Assembly (NCBI RefSeq): GCF_048593235.1
Contig: NC_133617.1
Span: forward strand, 560,646,958 to 560,710,957
Origin: Sminthopsis crassicaudata
Lineage: Eukaryota
Length of the DNA: 64,000 nucleotides
Direction: 5' to 3'
This document shows, piece by piece, positions 38,856 to 50,590 of this stretch; position 1 is the first letter of the stretch, and the number at the start of each line of letters is the position of its first letter. The notes below the pieces were generated by a model that saw only the letters and a program-made list of their open reading frames with translations, ran no database searches and was not told where the DNA came from. The translations under genes and the position numbers were made by a program.

Positions 38856-39977
38856 AATAGACAATTTGCTTGTCACTGAATCATTCCTCTATAAAACAGT
38901 AATAATGTTATTTATATTTCCCAAATATCCTACTATGATGTTTCTACCCAAGCAAACAGATCCATTTCTTCTCCAATGGAAAATTAGACTTCGCAACTGT
39001 AACTTTCCTAACTTTGATAATCCAAGTTTGATTCTATCTTGCTCTGTTCCAGACCTCCCTAGAACTTTGCAAAAATATCTGGTTATCCATCTCCCATGGA
39101 TCACCTTCTCCCATTAATAATGAAAGAACCTTGAGGACAAGAATTGTATGTATTACTTTTGATATTCTCAATTCTTAGCATACTATCTAACATATAGGAA
39201 GTAATAAAGACTCCATCTTCCTGGCAGCTTTCTTACATGTGGGCCCCTCAAAAACTACCCAAAGTTCAATGTAATCTTAGAGTCAGTAGACACACAAATC
39301 CATAGTTCACGAACCTCTGCCTATATGTTTACTTTTACTAGGAAATGAAAGGAGAAAGGGAAAATACATCTACTCAAATAGCATAGCAGATGAAGCAAAA
39401 AAAAAAAAAAAAAAAAACAGATTCTGCCCCATACAAACTTCTCTCTATGTTATCGCTGTACTAAGGAAGAACACAGTATGTAGAAGAACGTATAACCAGG
39501 GGATTCTCATGGAAGAAATGCACTTAAGAAACTTGTGTGGCCAAATAATACTTGCACAAAAGGGTACACATATACACATATGTATCCTGCACTCCAGATC
39601 ATGTATGTAAAGGAGACATATGTTGGAACATACATGGCTGGGGAGGCTACCTGCTAACTTCATAGAAGAGCCTGATGTTATTTGAGTATTCTCTGCTAGC
39701 CCTTCATTTCTCCATCATATCTTTGCCATTTCTGCTGTATATCTATCTCTATTGGACTTACTGTTCCAGAGTTATTCTCTGCTGTCATCTATTGGGCTTT
39801 AGTTATTTTAGTATCTTTAGGGTCTTCTACTATTTTCTGCTACCACTTAATTATGGACAATGCTAGAAAGCTTTTCCTTCACAAGGAAGTTTGTTTTATG
39901 AGATAATCAAAGATTTTAGACCATCACATGCAAACAGGAATTAAAAGCCATCATAATGTTCCAAAGACTGGCCATTC

Positions 39978-40065
39978 TTATTTCACTGTTTTCTCCTCAG
40001 GTAAACTTGAAGGCCTTGAACTCAGACAACTGTTTGATTTGGAATTAGAAAATTCCTCTTCGATC
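39978..40065 (-). CDS. Candidate terminal coding exon (phase 2), (R)IEEEFSNSKSNSCLSSRPSSLPEEKTVK*
   Basis: Acceptor cttaatcctgtattttaacag, open to TAA, retained CpG; a second acceptor at 40183/40184 lies in the same frame; protein not recognised. Confidence 0.22.
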
Positions 40066-42169
40066 CTGTTAAAATACAGGATTAAGAGTATGTGCCCCAA
40101 AAAAATCATTTCAAAAACTCCACTCAACAAAAAAGGCCAGAAAAAGTTGAGGAAAGGGTTTGTAATGATAAGGTATCCCTCACTGCAGGTATGCAAAGAA
40201 ATTAGAAAAAAAGGTTAGATAGAGAAGGCAGTCTAACTGCTCTGTTCTACTTTTTTTATGCATACCTGCAAGTAACTTTCATGTAGCATTTCTTCAACAC
40301 AAAACCTCCCTACAAACTTTTTAATATATAATATCAAGATTTCATTTGTGTATTTTAGTGGAAATCTCAGAGCTTATTTAGGAAATAATAATTTCATTTA
40401 GTGAAGCAATAAAACATTAGATTTATTTTTTCATACCATCTAAGCACAAAGAAAATCCAGCCAAATGAGTAACAAAAAAATAAAAAACTTAGAAAAAAAT
40501 TATAAACTCATCAAAAAGTATATCAAATATCCACAATATAACATTGAAAAACATTGTTCTAACAAAGAAATGTAGACTTTCCAGCACTTTACAACACATC
40601 TGCTAGTAATTATTACAAAGATTTTATTCCCTAATTTTGAATAATGATTGTGTTCCTACCTTTTAGACTACACAGACATACATTGTACATGACATTAATG
40701 TTACATTTGGTTCTCATTATATGCATTTCTCATTAACAACTAATTAGTCTTGATTTTTCCCCTTAAATTAAGTAGCATTAAAAGAAACAGACCCTTAAAA
40801 AATGTCAGCAGCAGTCATAGATTGGAGCCAATATTAAAGAAAGCAATATTACTGGCCTTCAGTCTAGTATTTTTAAAAGACCCACATGATCAGAAGGTTG
40901 AAAATGATAAGAAATAAATTAAGTTAAATATTGAATTTTACCTTATTTTTCCTTTAAGAAAAAAAAACATAAACACTAAAAAGAAAGATGAGATATAGTA
41001 CAAATAGAACCAAAGCTTGATTTTACTAGCTTGTGGCCATTAAAATATTTTCCTTCCTTCTCAGATAGAGAGCTGAATGTCTATTTCCTAAAGAAATATT
41101 CAAACCATAAGATCTTATATCAAAATAAAAAATGAAAACCAAATGTTTAAAGTATACTCTTTGGTTTATTCCAAATGACAACTGACATATGGAAAATTCC
41201 TGGAAAAGTCAGATAATGGTCATACTATATTCCAGGTATGAGAGAATTATAGAAAATTATAATTTCTTTTTCTTCATTTTATAAGCTACCAATATTATGT
41301 ACCACCTGTCAAAAAGAAGGGCTCCAATATTCAGCAGTTCTTGAACACCTATGGCTGACCACATTCTATTCAGGAATATCAGGTAATATCTGTGATTCTA
41401 TGCCTAGTCCATTAATAATTTTTTAATGCTTCTTAGAGTTGCCTTAATTACTTCTGACTAGAAACATATTACTTTTTATTGCTTACACTGCCAGCAACAG
41501 TGCATCATGGGAAGAGGATGCCTAGAGCTGTTAAGATTCCCTGCAGTGTGAGAAGGTGGACATTCTGCATGTCCCCAGTTTTACCCTGCCCATCAAGGGT
41601 TCACAGTAAAATAGTCCTGACATTGACCTCTAAAAGACCCAACAGCTGAAACAGCCTTAACAAGGTATTAACACTGCAATGTGTTCCATAAATGATTACC
41701 AGCTGCAGAATTCAGAAGGGGGTGGAGGAGAAGGGAAGAGGGAAAGAGGAAAACCTGGAGGAAGGAAAAGTCCATTTCACAGCTGGAAGGTACAGAGAAG
41801 TCACCAGGTAATTTAGAATGCAGATTTAGGTCAGACCTTACTTGCCTCTAGTGTTTTTGTTTGGGGGGGAGGTTGAAGTATTTTCTTTGGTGTGGAGGGA
41901 CAGGTGTTTGGTTGTTCTGTTTTATTTTCTTGAGTATTTTGTTTTAAGCCATAGAACAATAACCAAGGACAAAGTGTGGTATCCAATTTTAAGACTGAAT
42001 GGATGATTTCATTTCTGCATCATTTTGGAGTTGGCAAACCTGAAAAAAAAAAAACCTCACTAATTTAACCTGGAATTCTTTTCTAAGAAAGGCTTGGGAT
42101 CTACCTAAAGTCCCTGACCTCAACTTTGGTCAAATCAAATCTGGGACATTGCACTCAATTCTTGGGGTA

Positions 42170-42420
42170 GGTGAGGATACAAGAGAATATGGAAATATTC
42201 CACAGAAGGGCAACCAGGATTTTGAAGGGCTTTAAAGCCATGTCATATGAAGATGAAGTGAAAGAAATAAAGGTGAATAAACTGTAAAAGAAAAGATTTG
42301 GACAACCGAAAATAGCTTTGTTCAAGTTTCTGAAATAGGAACAACTGGTAGAAGGTTCAAAGATGGAAATGTCAGCCTGATGACATAATATTAGTCAGGA
42401 AAATCTTTCTAATAATTCTA
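42170..42420 (+). mobile_element. CR1/L3 3' fragment
   Basis: cagaagggcaaccaggattttgaagggctttaaagccatgtcatatgaagat (QRRATRMxKGLExxSYEE-like). Confidence 0.7.
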
Positions 42421-42479
42421 TCAGTACTATATAACTTATAATGCTTTAAGGTTATATAAATACATATATCCATATAATA

Positions 42480-42815
42480 TGGATGGATAGATGGATGGAT
42501 GGATGGATATAATATAGATAGATAATAGATAAATAAATGGAGGGATATAATATTGAGAGATGATATACAGATTATAGATATAATAGATAGATGCATATAG
42601 TATAGATAGATAAATAGATGGATATAGTATAGATAGATAGATGGATAGAATATAGATAGATGACAGATTCAATATAAAAAAATTAGATGAATGTATGGAT
42701 ATAATATAGATAGATGATAGAAAGTTATGAGATAAATAATGGATAGATACATATAATGATGGAGATTGATAGACAGAAGGATGGATATGATACAGAAAGA
42801 TGGATAGATAGATAT
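42480..42815. repeat. Degenerate (GATA/GATG)n low-complexity tract
   Basis: Read directly; accounts for ORFs 42372-42846. Confidence 0.9.
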
Positions 42816-43169
42816 AATATCTTATTTTATCCTCACAAGAGCCCAATAGGGTTGTTCCTATGTTATCCCCATTTTTCTGGGTATGTTTGTAGATGGCATT
42901 CAGGTCCAGGCTAGCCTAGTGGTTTCCAAATTCCCCTTTTGACTCTGAGATTTTGTGATTCCATGAAAGGGTAAGACTGAGGGAGAATGTCAAAAGAAAT
43001 AGTTAAATAAAAAGGAGGCTAGTGTGGGGGTCAAATGACCTGGTTTCTGTTCCAAGTGTTATGACTTCTGATCTGTATAACCTGAATCCAGACTTTACCA
43101 CTTCTAACAGGTGTAACCTGGATAATAGATATCTGAGGACTTAGATTTCTTATCTGTAAAGTAAGTCGT

Positions 43170-44030
43170 TTAGTCAATAAGCAATTATTAAATGCTAACT
43201 ATATAAAAGGCACTGTGCTAAGTGCTGTGAATAAAAAGAAAGGCAAAACCTTGAGATCACAGGTAAATAACTAGGTACCTACAAGCAGTCTCGGAGCCTA
43301 AGGAACTAGCAGCAGAAAGAAGGAAATGCCTCCAACAGGTAAACTTTGAGCTGAGTCTTAAAAAAAGAAAGAAGGATACTAGAAGTCAGAGGTGAGGAAA
43401 AGGTATGGAGAAGGCATGGAGAAGAGTCAGTGCAAATATGAAGTCAGAATATAGAGTCTAAAAAGAATGGAAAAGAGGGCATCTAGATGGCCCAGTAAAT
43501 AGCACACTAGCCCTGGACTCTGTCTGGAAGACTGGAGTTCAAAGCTAGCCTCAGATATCTAACATTTAATAGCTGTATGATCCTGGGTAAATCACCTAAC
43601 ACCAATTGTGAAAAAAGCATGTAGCAAGTGCTTAAAATATCAAACAAGACTTTATATTTGATCCTGGAGTCACTGGAATCAAGTGAATGTTTGAGAAGGG
43701 ACATTGATCAGATTCGTGGAAAAATACTGACAGTTGCCTAGAATAGGGGATTAGAACAAGAGAGTTGAGACAGTGAAAACAATTAGAAGGCTATTGTAAT
43801 AATCTCAGTATAATTACATTTGCTATTTATTACATAGTTTTTCAAAAAAAAAAAAAGGAAACAGTTTGAAATGGAAATTCAGTTTTATATGGAATCCTTT
43901 GTTGTGCTGTGTAAATAGAAATATTCTTTGTATTGCAATCAAAAAGGAATTTTTTAAAAAATTTTAAGTAATGAGGACTTAGTCTAGTAGCTATGTGAGT
44001 GGAGAGAGAAGGACATATATAGGAGAGAAG
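43170..44030 (-). mobile_element. L2 3' region interrupted by a SINE and other sequence
   Basis: gtcaataagcaattattaaatgct...ggcactgtgctaagtgctg terminus; ttagaaggctattgtaataatctcag. Confidence 0.65.
43476..43618 (+). mobile_element. WSINE1-type SINE (older, diverged)
   Basis: ggggcatctagatggcccagtaaatagcacactagccctgga...ggagttcaaagctagcctcagatatctaac...aatcacctaacaccaattg plus A tail. Confidence 0.8.
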
Positions 44031-44130
44031 TTCCTTCAATCTCTGATCATATGTATTCTCTGTCTCAGTAGCATTTTTTAACCAATAGTATCAGTGAAAT
44101 ATTCAGGATCTTGTCATCCTGAAACTCACT

Positions 44131-44392
44131 TTTATTGTTATTGAGATCTTTTAGTCATGTCTGATTCATCATGACCCCATTCAATGTTTTTTGTTTTTTT
44201 GTTTTTTGGCCAGGGGTATTGGGGTAATTTGCCATTTCCTTTGCCAACTCATTTTATAAATGAGGAAACTGAGGCAAGCATTAAGTGACTTACCCAGAAT
44301 CACACAGTTGGTAAATGTCTGAGGCCAGACTGAACTCACTAAGAGGAGTCTTCTTGGTTCTAGATCCAGTATTCTACACAATACACCACAAA
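44131..44392 (-). mobile_element. Mar1-type CORE-SINE
   Basis: tagtcatgtctgattcatcatgaccccatt...tttgccatttcct...gaggaaactgaggcaagc. Confidence 0.85.
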
Positions 44393-44579
44393 TTCACTAG
44401 AGTAGTACTATTGCCTATAGTAATGGCACATTTCAAAAGAAGCCTCTATGAAAGTAGAGAAACTAAGGTACAAAGATTAAAGGCCATCTATCATGGAATA
44501 CAATTATAGTAAGCCTCCAAGTAGAGTATCAAACTGCTTATTTTGTCTATAATTAGAACATGTAATCTTTTTTCCAAGG

Positions 44580-45230
44580 ATAGGCACTAGTCTGTTATCA
44601 AGCACAGCTGTGAATGTCACTGTTTCCAAGCCTACTCTTGCCCCTGTCAATTTTATTGGCAAATACCTACACATGCCTCAATTGTAAATCAGTCTGTATC
44701 ATCTGTATGCATTTAGATTTACAGCTCACTCTAAAGTTCTGGCTTCTCGATTGTTTTTCTTTGGCGTGCTCTCGGTCTCTGTTTTTCATGTGTATGCAGT
44801 CCTGGTTCACTGGAATTCTGAGAGCACTGGACTATCAGCTTCCCTGATGAGAGAAGCCAAGGCTGACTGCTCCTGACACACATGTGCAAAGGGCAGCTAG
44901 TCTTGGGCTCACCATTTGGGTCTTCGGGAGCCACACTGACAACTCAGCTCAATCAGCACTAGGGGAAAGCAGTAAGGCAACACTAGGGCTAGATCAGTGA
45001 CTGGGCACCCTGGTGAAGAAAAGTCAAAAGGTGCTTCCTGGTGACTAACTCCTGGTCCTGCCAACTATCCCTTCAGTGAAAACACTGACCCCTAGACATG
45101 GAACCATATGCATGTAGACTGAAAGAAAGGAAAGAAAGGTGGGCATAATTAAATCATAGCTCCCAGCTATGTCGGCTTATGCTGCATAGGGCACTTCAGG
45201 GTTAGGGGTGGGTAGGGAAAAAAAAGTATT
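44580..45230 (-). mobile_element. Possible 5' UTR and endonuclease start of an ancient RTE-clade LINE
   Basis: GC-richer, CpG-retaining block; minus-strand aacagtgacattcacagctgtgcttgataacagactag loosely matches the RTE NIDIAALSETRL coding motif. Confidence 0.3.
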
Positions 45231-46519
45231 GTATTGCCTCCCCGAGCTGTATGAGGTCAGAAAAGTCCTACATGAAGATTTCAAATATGTCAATCTATGC
45301 CTAAGTTCCCTCACAATGCTCCAAATTGATATAGCTCTGTTGAAATAATATATGGGATAATAATGAAAAATGAATACAATAGCTTATCTTACTAAGGAAC
45401 CCAGTATTCAAGACTTAGCTTCCTGTTATTCAAAAGACTAAAAACTCTAAGCTAGGAACTCTCTAAAGACAAGAGGAAATAGTTGGATACAATCAGTTAA
45501 TAAGAGCTCTGAATGGTTGAAAGAAAAGGATGAGACGCAGTCTGTTGCCACATCAAACTCGAACATCTGGTCAATTTGGTGGGGGAAAAAAATCAATCAG
45601 ACCAGTTGTTTGATGGCATGTGGTCGAAACAAACAAACTGATTGACTTTTTTTTTAACTTTCTAACATTTGCACTGGTGTCAAGTAGCCTCCATCCAGGT
45701 GCTAATGATCTGAAAGAGCAATTGGAAAGAAACAAGCAAAAAGGGAAAAGAAGAATAAACAACTAGTAGAATTATTTAAGAAAGCTGGATGGAGAGAGAC
45801 ATGATTTTGAGGAAGCTCAATAATGAAGAGAAGAAAAATAAGGCAGAGTCAAAGGACAGTGTGTTAAGAGGAAAAGAAATAGTAATGGAAAGAAATAGTG
45901 AGATGGAGTTCTTGTCAGGGTCATTGTGTCAGGGAACTGGAAAACACTGAAAATGAGAATGAGGTGGGGGGGAAAGGAGAAGAAATCAAGCCCAAAGGAA
46001 GACAGATGTAAATAAGGAAAAATAAAAATTAAAAGATAATCAATTTAGAGGAAAAACATTATTAAATGATATCACAAGACAGTAAGCATGTTCTTTTTAT
46101 GAATCCAGAAATTTTCACAGAACAATAACTCCCAAACAAGGGAAGAAGGGAAGAAATAAAAGCATTTTTATTTGTCCTTTTAAAAAAGTTCATGCATACA
46201 TCTGTGTATGTGTGATATATATACTTATGTGTAGCTAGCTTTGAATAGCCTGATATTGACAAAGGTGATTTGGATGATAATTTTTTGAATATACTTACTT
46301 TAAGCCTGCAAATCCCAAACCATGGTGAAAAAAAACTGTATTTTAAATGTATTTTTAAATTTTTTAGAATTGATGACAAAACATTCCATCATCTTAGGGG
46401 TTATTTCACCTTAAAAAAACACCTCCAGATGAAAAGTCCATCATAAAGTTAAACTCACAAGCAAGCCAAACTAAATATTTTTAAGTGTTAGATTTAAAAA
46501 ATGTACCTGTGGAGTCAAA

Positions 46520-46760
46520 TCAGCAAATTTTTGGTTTTGGTTTTTACTTAACTTTATTTTCAGATCTTCAAGAAAAACAAAACCAGTGTTACAAATATGT
46601 ATAGTCAAACAAAACAAATTCACTCAATGGCCATGTCCAAAAAAATCTCCATCTGCACTCTTAGCCCATTCCCTTTCTACCAGAAGATCAGAAGCCTGTC
46701 TCATGCATCCTTTAGAATTATGGTTGCTTATTGTGAATCATGATTGGTTACTGTTCAATG
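46520..46760 (-). mobile_element. Old L1-type 3' UTR fragment
   Basis: caaatatgtatagtcaaacaaaacaaattcactcaatggccatgtccaaaaaa. Confidence 0.55.
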
Positions 46761-47501
46761 AACAGTCCCAGTTCAAAAGAGCTCACAGTTTAATTAAGTC
46801 ACTATACTATGTATTTTCATGCCAAAAAACTAGTAGTTGAATTGACCAAGTTCCACATAAATATATAAATGTAATACAGAAGTTCTCATGTGTAAATTTT
46901 AATTTTTATCTTTTTAAAAATGTATGGCTTTAGAGAATGCAGGATTTTTTTCCTTTGACTATCCATGTTTAATACAGGGAACTTTATTTTTTGCTTTCTC
47001 AATTGAATGATGAGGTATGAGGGTGGGAATGAGGATTTTTGTTAGAAAAAAATTAATTTTTCAAATATATACTGCTTGTGGGAGGGAAGAACATTGCAAA
47101 AAAAAAAAAAAAGAAAAATGCTTAATCTTAGTCTTAGAGTGACATCTAGTGTTCACAAAAACAATGAATGAAAAACTTTTCCCCTTCTAATTGTCTGTAA
47201 GAATGAGTTTACTTCACTAAAAGGGGAAAACACAATGATATAAATTCTCTCAACTTTGTGTTAAATCTGTGGAAGGCTTCTTTGACTATAGTCAAGCCAG
47301 CCTGAATTGTTCTATGGATTGCTTGGGGCGGGAGTTGGGTTTTTTTGTTTATTTTTTTTATAAATACCTCACATTTATCCATATTTAACTCCATATGCAT
47401 CTATTTGTCTCACTTCAGGGGGAAAATTCTACAAGGTAAGTTATCATTTTCTTGTTTTACACATATTTCCTACACATGTAGCAAAACTATAGAAAGCTCA
47501 C

Positions 47502-47587
47502 CTGATGCAATTCAACAGAAAATACTCCGCTATTTTAACTTCTATCCAGCCTCTAATTATGCAATTTTCTGTGTTAATAACCTTAAC
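47502..47587 (-). CDS. Candidate 86-nt exon (phase 0 to 2), VKVINTENCIIRGWIEVKIAEYFLLNCI(R)
   Basis: Donor CAG/gtgagc (strong), acceptor ttttgaatgacag (moderate); frame opens exactly at the acceptor with TGA just before; retained CpG; protein not recognised. Confidence 0.22.
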
Positions 47588-48584
47588 CTGTCATTCAAAA
47601 TCCACAATTCCAACTTTATTTCTAACTATGCCCACCTGTAAATCTACTGTCCCAGGTAAACTCATCACTTACATTAATTCCTTTTTTAGTGACTTCACTT
47701 ATTCTATCTGCTCATTTTGAATGCTGACTACACATTGAGAGCTTTTACATTAAGGAACTTATCTTCTTTTGTAGCCCCCAATGTTGAATATAATCCCTGT
47801 CACATAACAAAAGAAGCTTAAATATTTGTTGATAGATTGATTTGTCCAAACTTTGTAATGCTTACTGTTTATACCTCTTGTCACTAAATATATGCTATAT
47901 TCTTTTCTTATTTTGCTTCTTATGTAAATGTCCTATCAACCTACCTCTGATACAAACTATCTGTGTGACCTGAGCTATAAAGTAACACAAGTGAAAACAC
48001 TTTCCTCATTTTAAAATGAGGCAGTTGTTACTAACTATCCCCTAAGATCCTTTCCAGTTATCATGATGCACAGATAGATCCTAAACTTTCTGAAGGTAGA
48101 AACTATTATGGCACCTGATCTAATTCAGGGTTGTTATAAATATAACAAGAGATAATATTTGTAATGTGCCCTGGAAAATGTAAAACATAATAAAAATGTT
48201 AGCTGTTGCCATTATAATTTAAATATTATTAGTATTGTTAACATTTTTATTAGCATCAAAGTCAAAGACCATGCTCTGCATATAGGAGATTGATAGTGAT
48301 TGAAGATAATTTAGATTAAATGATGAAGAATGATTCATACCTAGTGTATTCTCTCAATTCCTAAGGCTCTGCAAGGCACTAATATAAAGGAACATAACTC
48401 TAAAAATCATTTCATCTTTTTTGTAATTTTCTATATAAAACAATTTCTTATTGAATCATATTGGTTAGTCTTATACAAGAGGCTTGAAGTGCCAAAGTGA
48501 TATGATACTTTATGAGACTAAATATGACATTGGAAATAATATAAAAACTGGTTGACTGACAGGAGAGTGAGCCTTTGAATCAAT

Positions 48585-49170
48585 TATCTCTGATAAGGGC
48601 ATTCTATCTAACAAAACTATGGACCAAAATAAATAAATCCAATAGATAAGTGGTCAAAAATATTTCTCAAGAGTTAAAATTGCAAATAACTAACAATCAT
48701 ATGAAACATTGCTCCAAATCCCTGAGGATAAGAAAAATGCAAATTAACATGGCTCTGAGTTTCACTTCACATCCTGAAAACTGATAAATAGCAAAGGATG
48801 TAAATAGCAAATGAACCTAAAGAGTCCATTGCTAAGTATAACTCAAGAAAATAAACAAGAAAAAGAAAGACCTAATAATCACCAAAATATTTTAGCAGCA
48901 TTTTGGGGGATAGCAGAAAAAAACTAGAAACAAAGAAAATATTTATTGATTGGAGAAATGGCTAAACAAATTGAGGTACATCCAAAATTTTGAAATTGAA
49001 GGAACATCAGAGACAACCAGGATTAGGGTTATCTGACTCTAAAAATAGTATTCTTTCCACTGTATATGTTGGGATTTTTTCAACATAATGAAATATTACT
49101 GTTAGAAAAGATAAGTAATAAATAACAGAGAAACAAAAATTTGTACAAACTAAGGAAAAGTGAAATAAGA
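48585..49170 (+). mobile_element. Old L1 ORF2 C-terminal and 3' fragment
   Basis: ctctgataagggcattctatctaac...ccaatagataagtggtcaaaaa...catatgaaacattgctccaaatccct. Confidence 0.65.
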
Positions 49171-50356
49171 CTAATCATTTTCTTCCATACCTTATCTGAT
49201 GCCAAAGCCTGTCAATTTTATCTTTGTAAGTTCTCTTATGTATGCCCCCCTCTCTTCTCTGGAATTGCCATCCCCTTGGTGCATCACTTCATGCCTGAAC
49301 TATTGCAGTAGCCTGCTGGCTAACCTCCAATCCAGCCTCCACTCAAATTGTCAAAGTGATCTTCCTAAAGCAAAGATGTGACCATGTCACTCCCCAGTGT
49401 AATAAAAATCTAATGGCTAATTACCTCTAGGATCAAATATAAACTCCTCTATTTATATGTGAGTTTAAGATGTAAAAATATTGCATAGGTGGAAACCTCT
49501 CCTTACTTGTTAAATGTAAAACCATTACTGATTGGATATACATCCATAAAAATAAGTTTGTACATTTTAACTTGATTTTTAAATGTTTAAATTAGCAATA
49601 GTCAACAAGAGGCATTATTCCTATCCATAAATTTAGTGGAAAGAGTATAGAAAATAAACTTTAATAACCTACATTTTGTTCCCTATCAGGTTTCATGATT
49701 AATGACCTTGAAAAAAAAGCAATAGCAAAAATAACTACTAGACCATATTCTTACTTTTCCATCTGTACAAAATACATAATGAGAATAATCTATAGATATA
49801 TTTTAGGCATCCTTAATAAAGGCATGAGAATGGAATATGCAACTTTTACAACTAATATTCTGCAGCAAACCATTTTTGATACATTCACACAATTGACCAA
49901 AAGGTCTAGAGAGTGAAACTCCATTGCACTAATTATTAACCTTAAAAGGAGAGTATACATGGTGTGATGAGCAAAGGGCAATTTTTTTTAGTGAGGAAGA
50001 TCTGGGTTCAGGTTGTGCCTCTATCATGTAGTAATTGTGGGGTGAAAGGGAAATCTCTCTCTTCACTGTTGTCTCCCCATCCCTATCTCTCCAAAAGCTC
50101 TAAATTATAGAAATTGTTCATTTAAAATCTTTTGATTAAAGAGAGTAAAACATTGTCTTAAAGACTTACTTCAAATTGTATGTTTCCTCTGCAAATCAAA
50201 ATGTGTGTTCAAAATTACACAAGATTCCACAATCAATAATTTTTCTTAAGTGTTTACCATGTCTCAAGAACTAAGGTAAATGCTAGAGACACAAAGAAAG
50301 ATAAAAATTGTCTCTGGATCTGAGGCTAACACCTTCTAATGGACTAGACAACATGT

Positions 50357-50360
50357 AAAA

Positions 50361-50399
<39 letters not shown>
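50357..50399. repeat. A13 followed by (TA)15
   Basis: Read directly. Confidence 0.95.
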
Positions 50400-50405
<6 letters not shown>

Positions 50406-50414
50406 TACATATGT

Positions 50415-50590
50415 AAGATGTTGTTTGTCCTTCATTCTCAAAGAAGACAGTGATATCAGGGAGGTTATACTATAACTTGATAACTTGCAAGCAAATAGGG
50501 AGGGCTGTGCAAGGTCACCTGCCTCACCTTCTCCTCCAGGGCCATCTAAATTCAATGGCCAGATATAGATCAGTTCACTTAATACCAGGC
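50415..50590. mobile_element. WALLSI/RTESINE-type repeat fragment
   Basis: gttgtttgtccttcattctcaaagaagacagtgatatcaggg...gggctgtgcaaggtcacctgcctcacc; same family as 9615-9915. Confidence 0.55.

Noticed and set aside
42436-42846. 136-aa ORF
   Set aside because: Reverse translation of a GATA/GATG tract (IYLS repeats).
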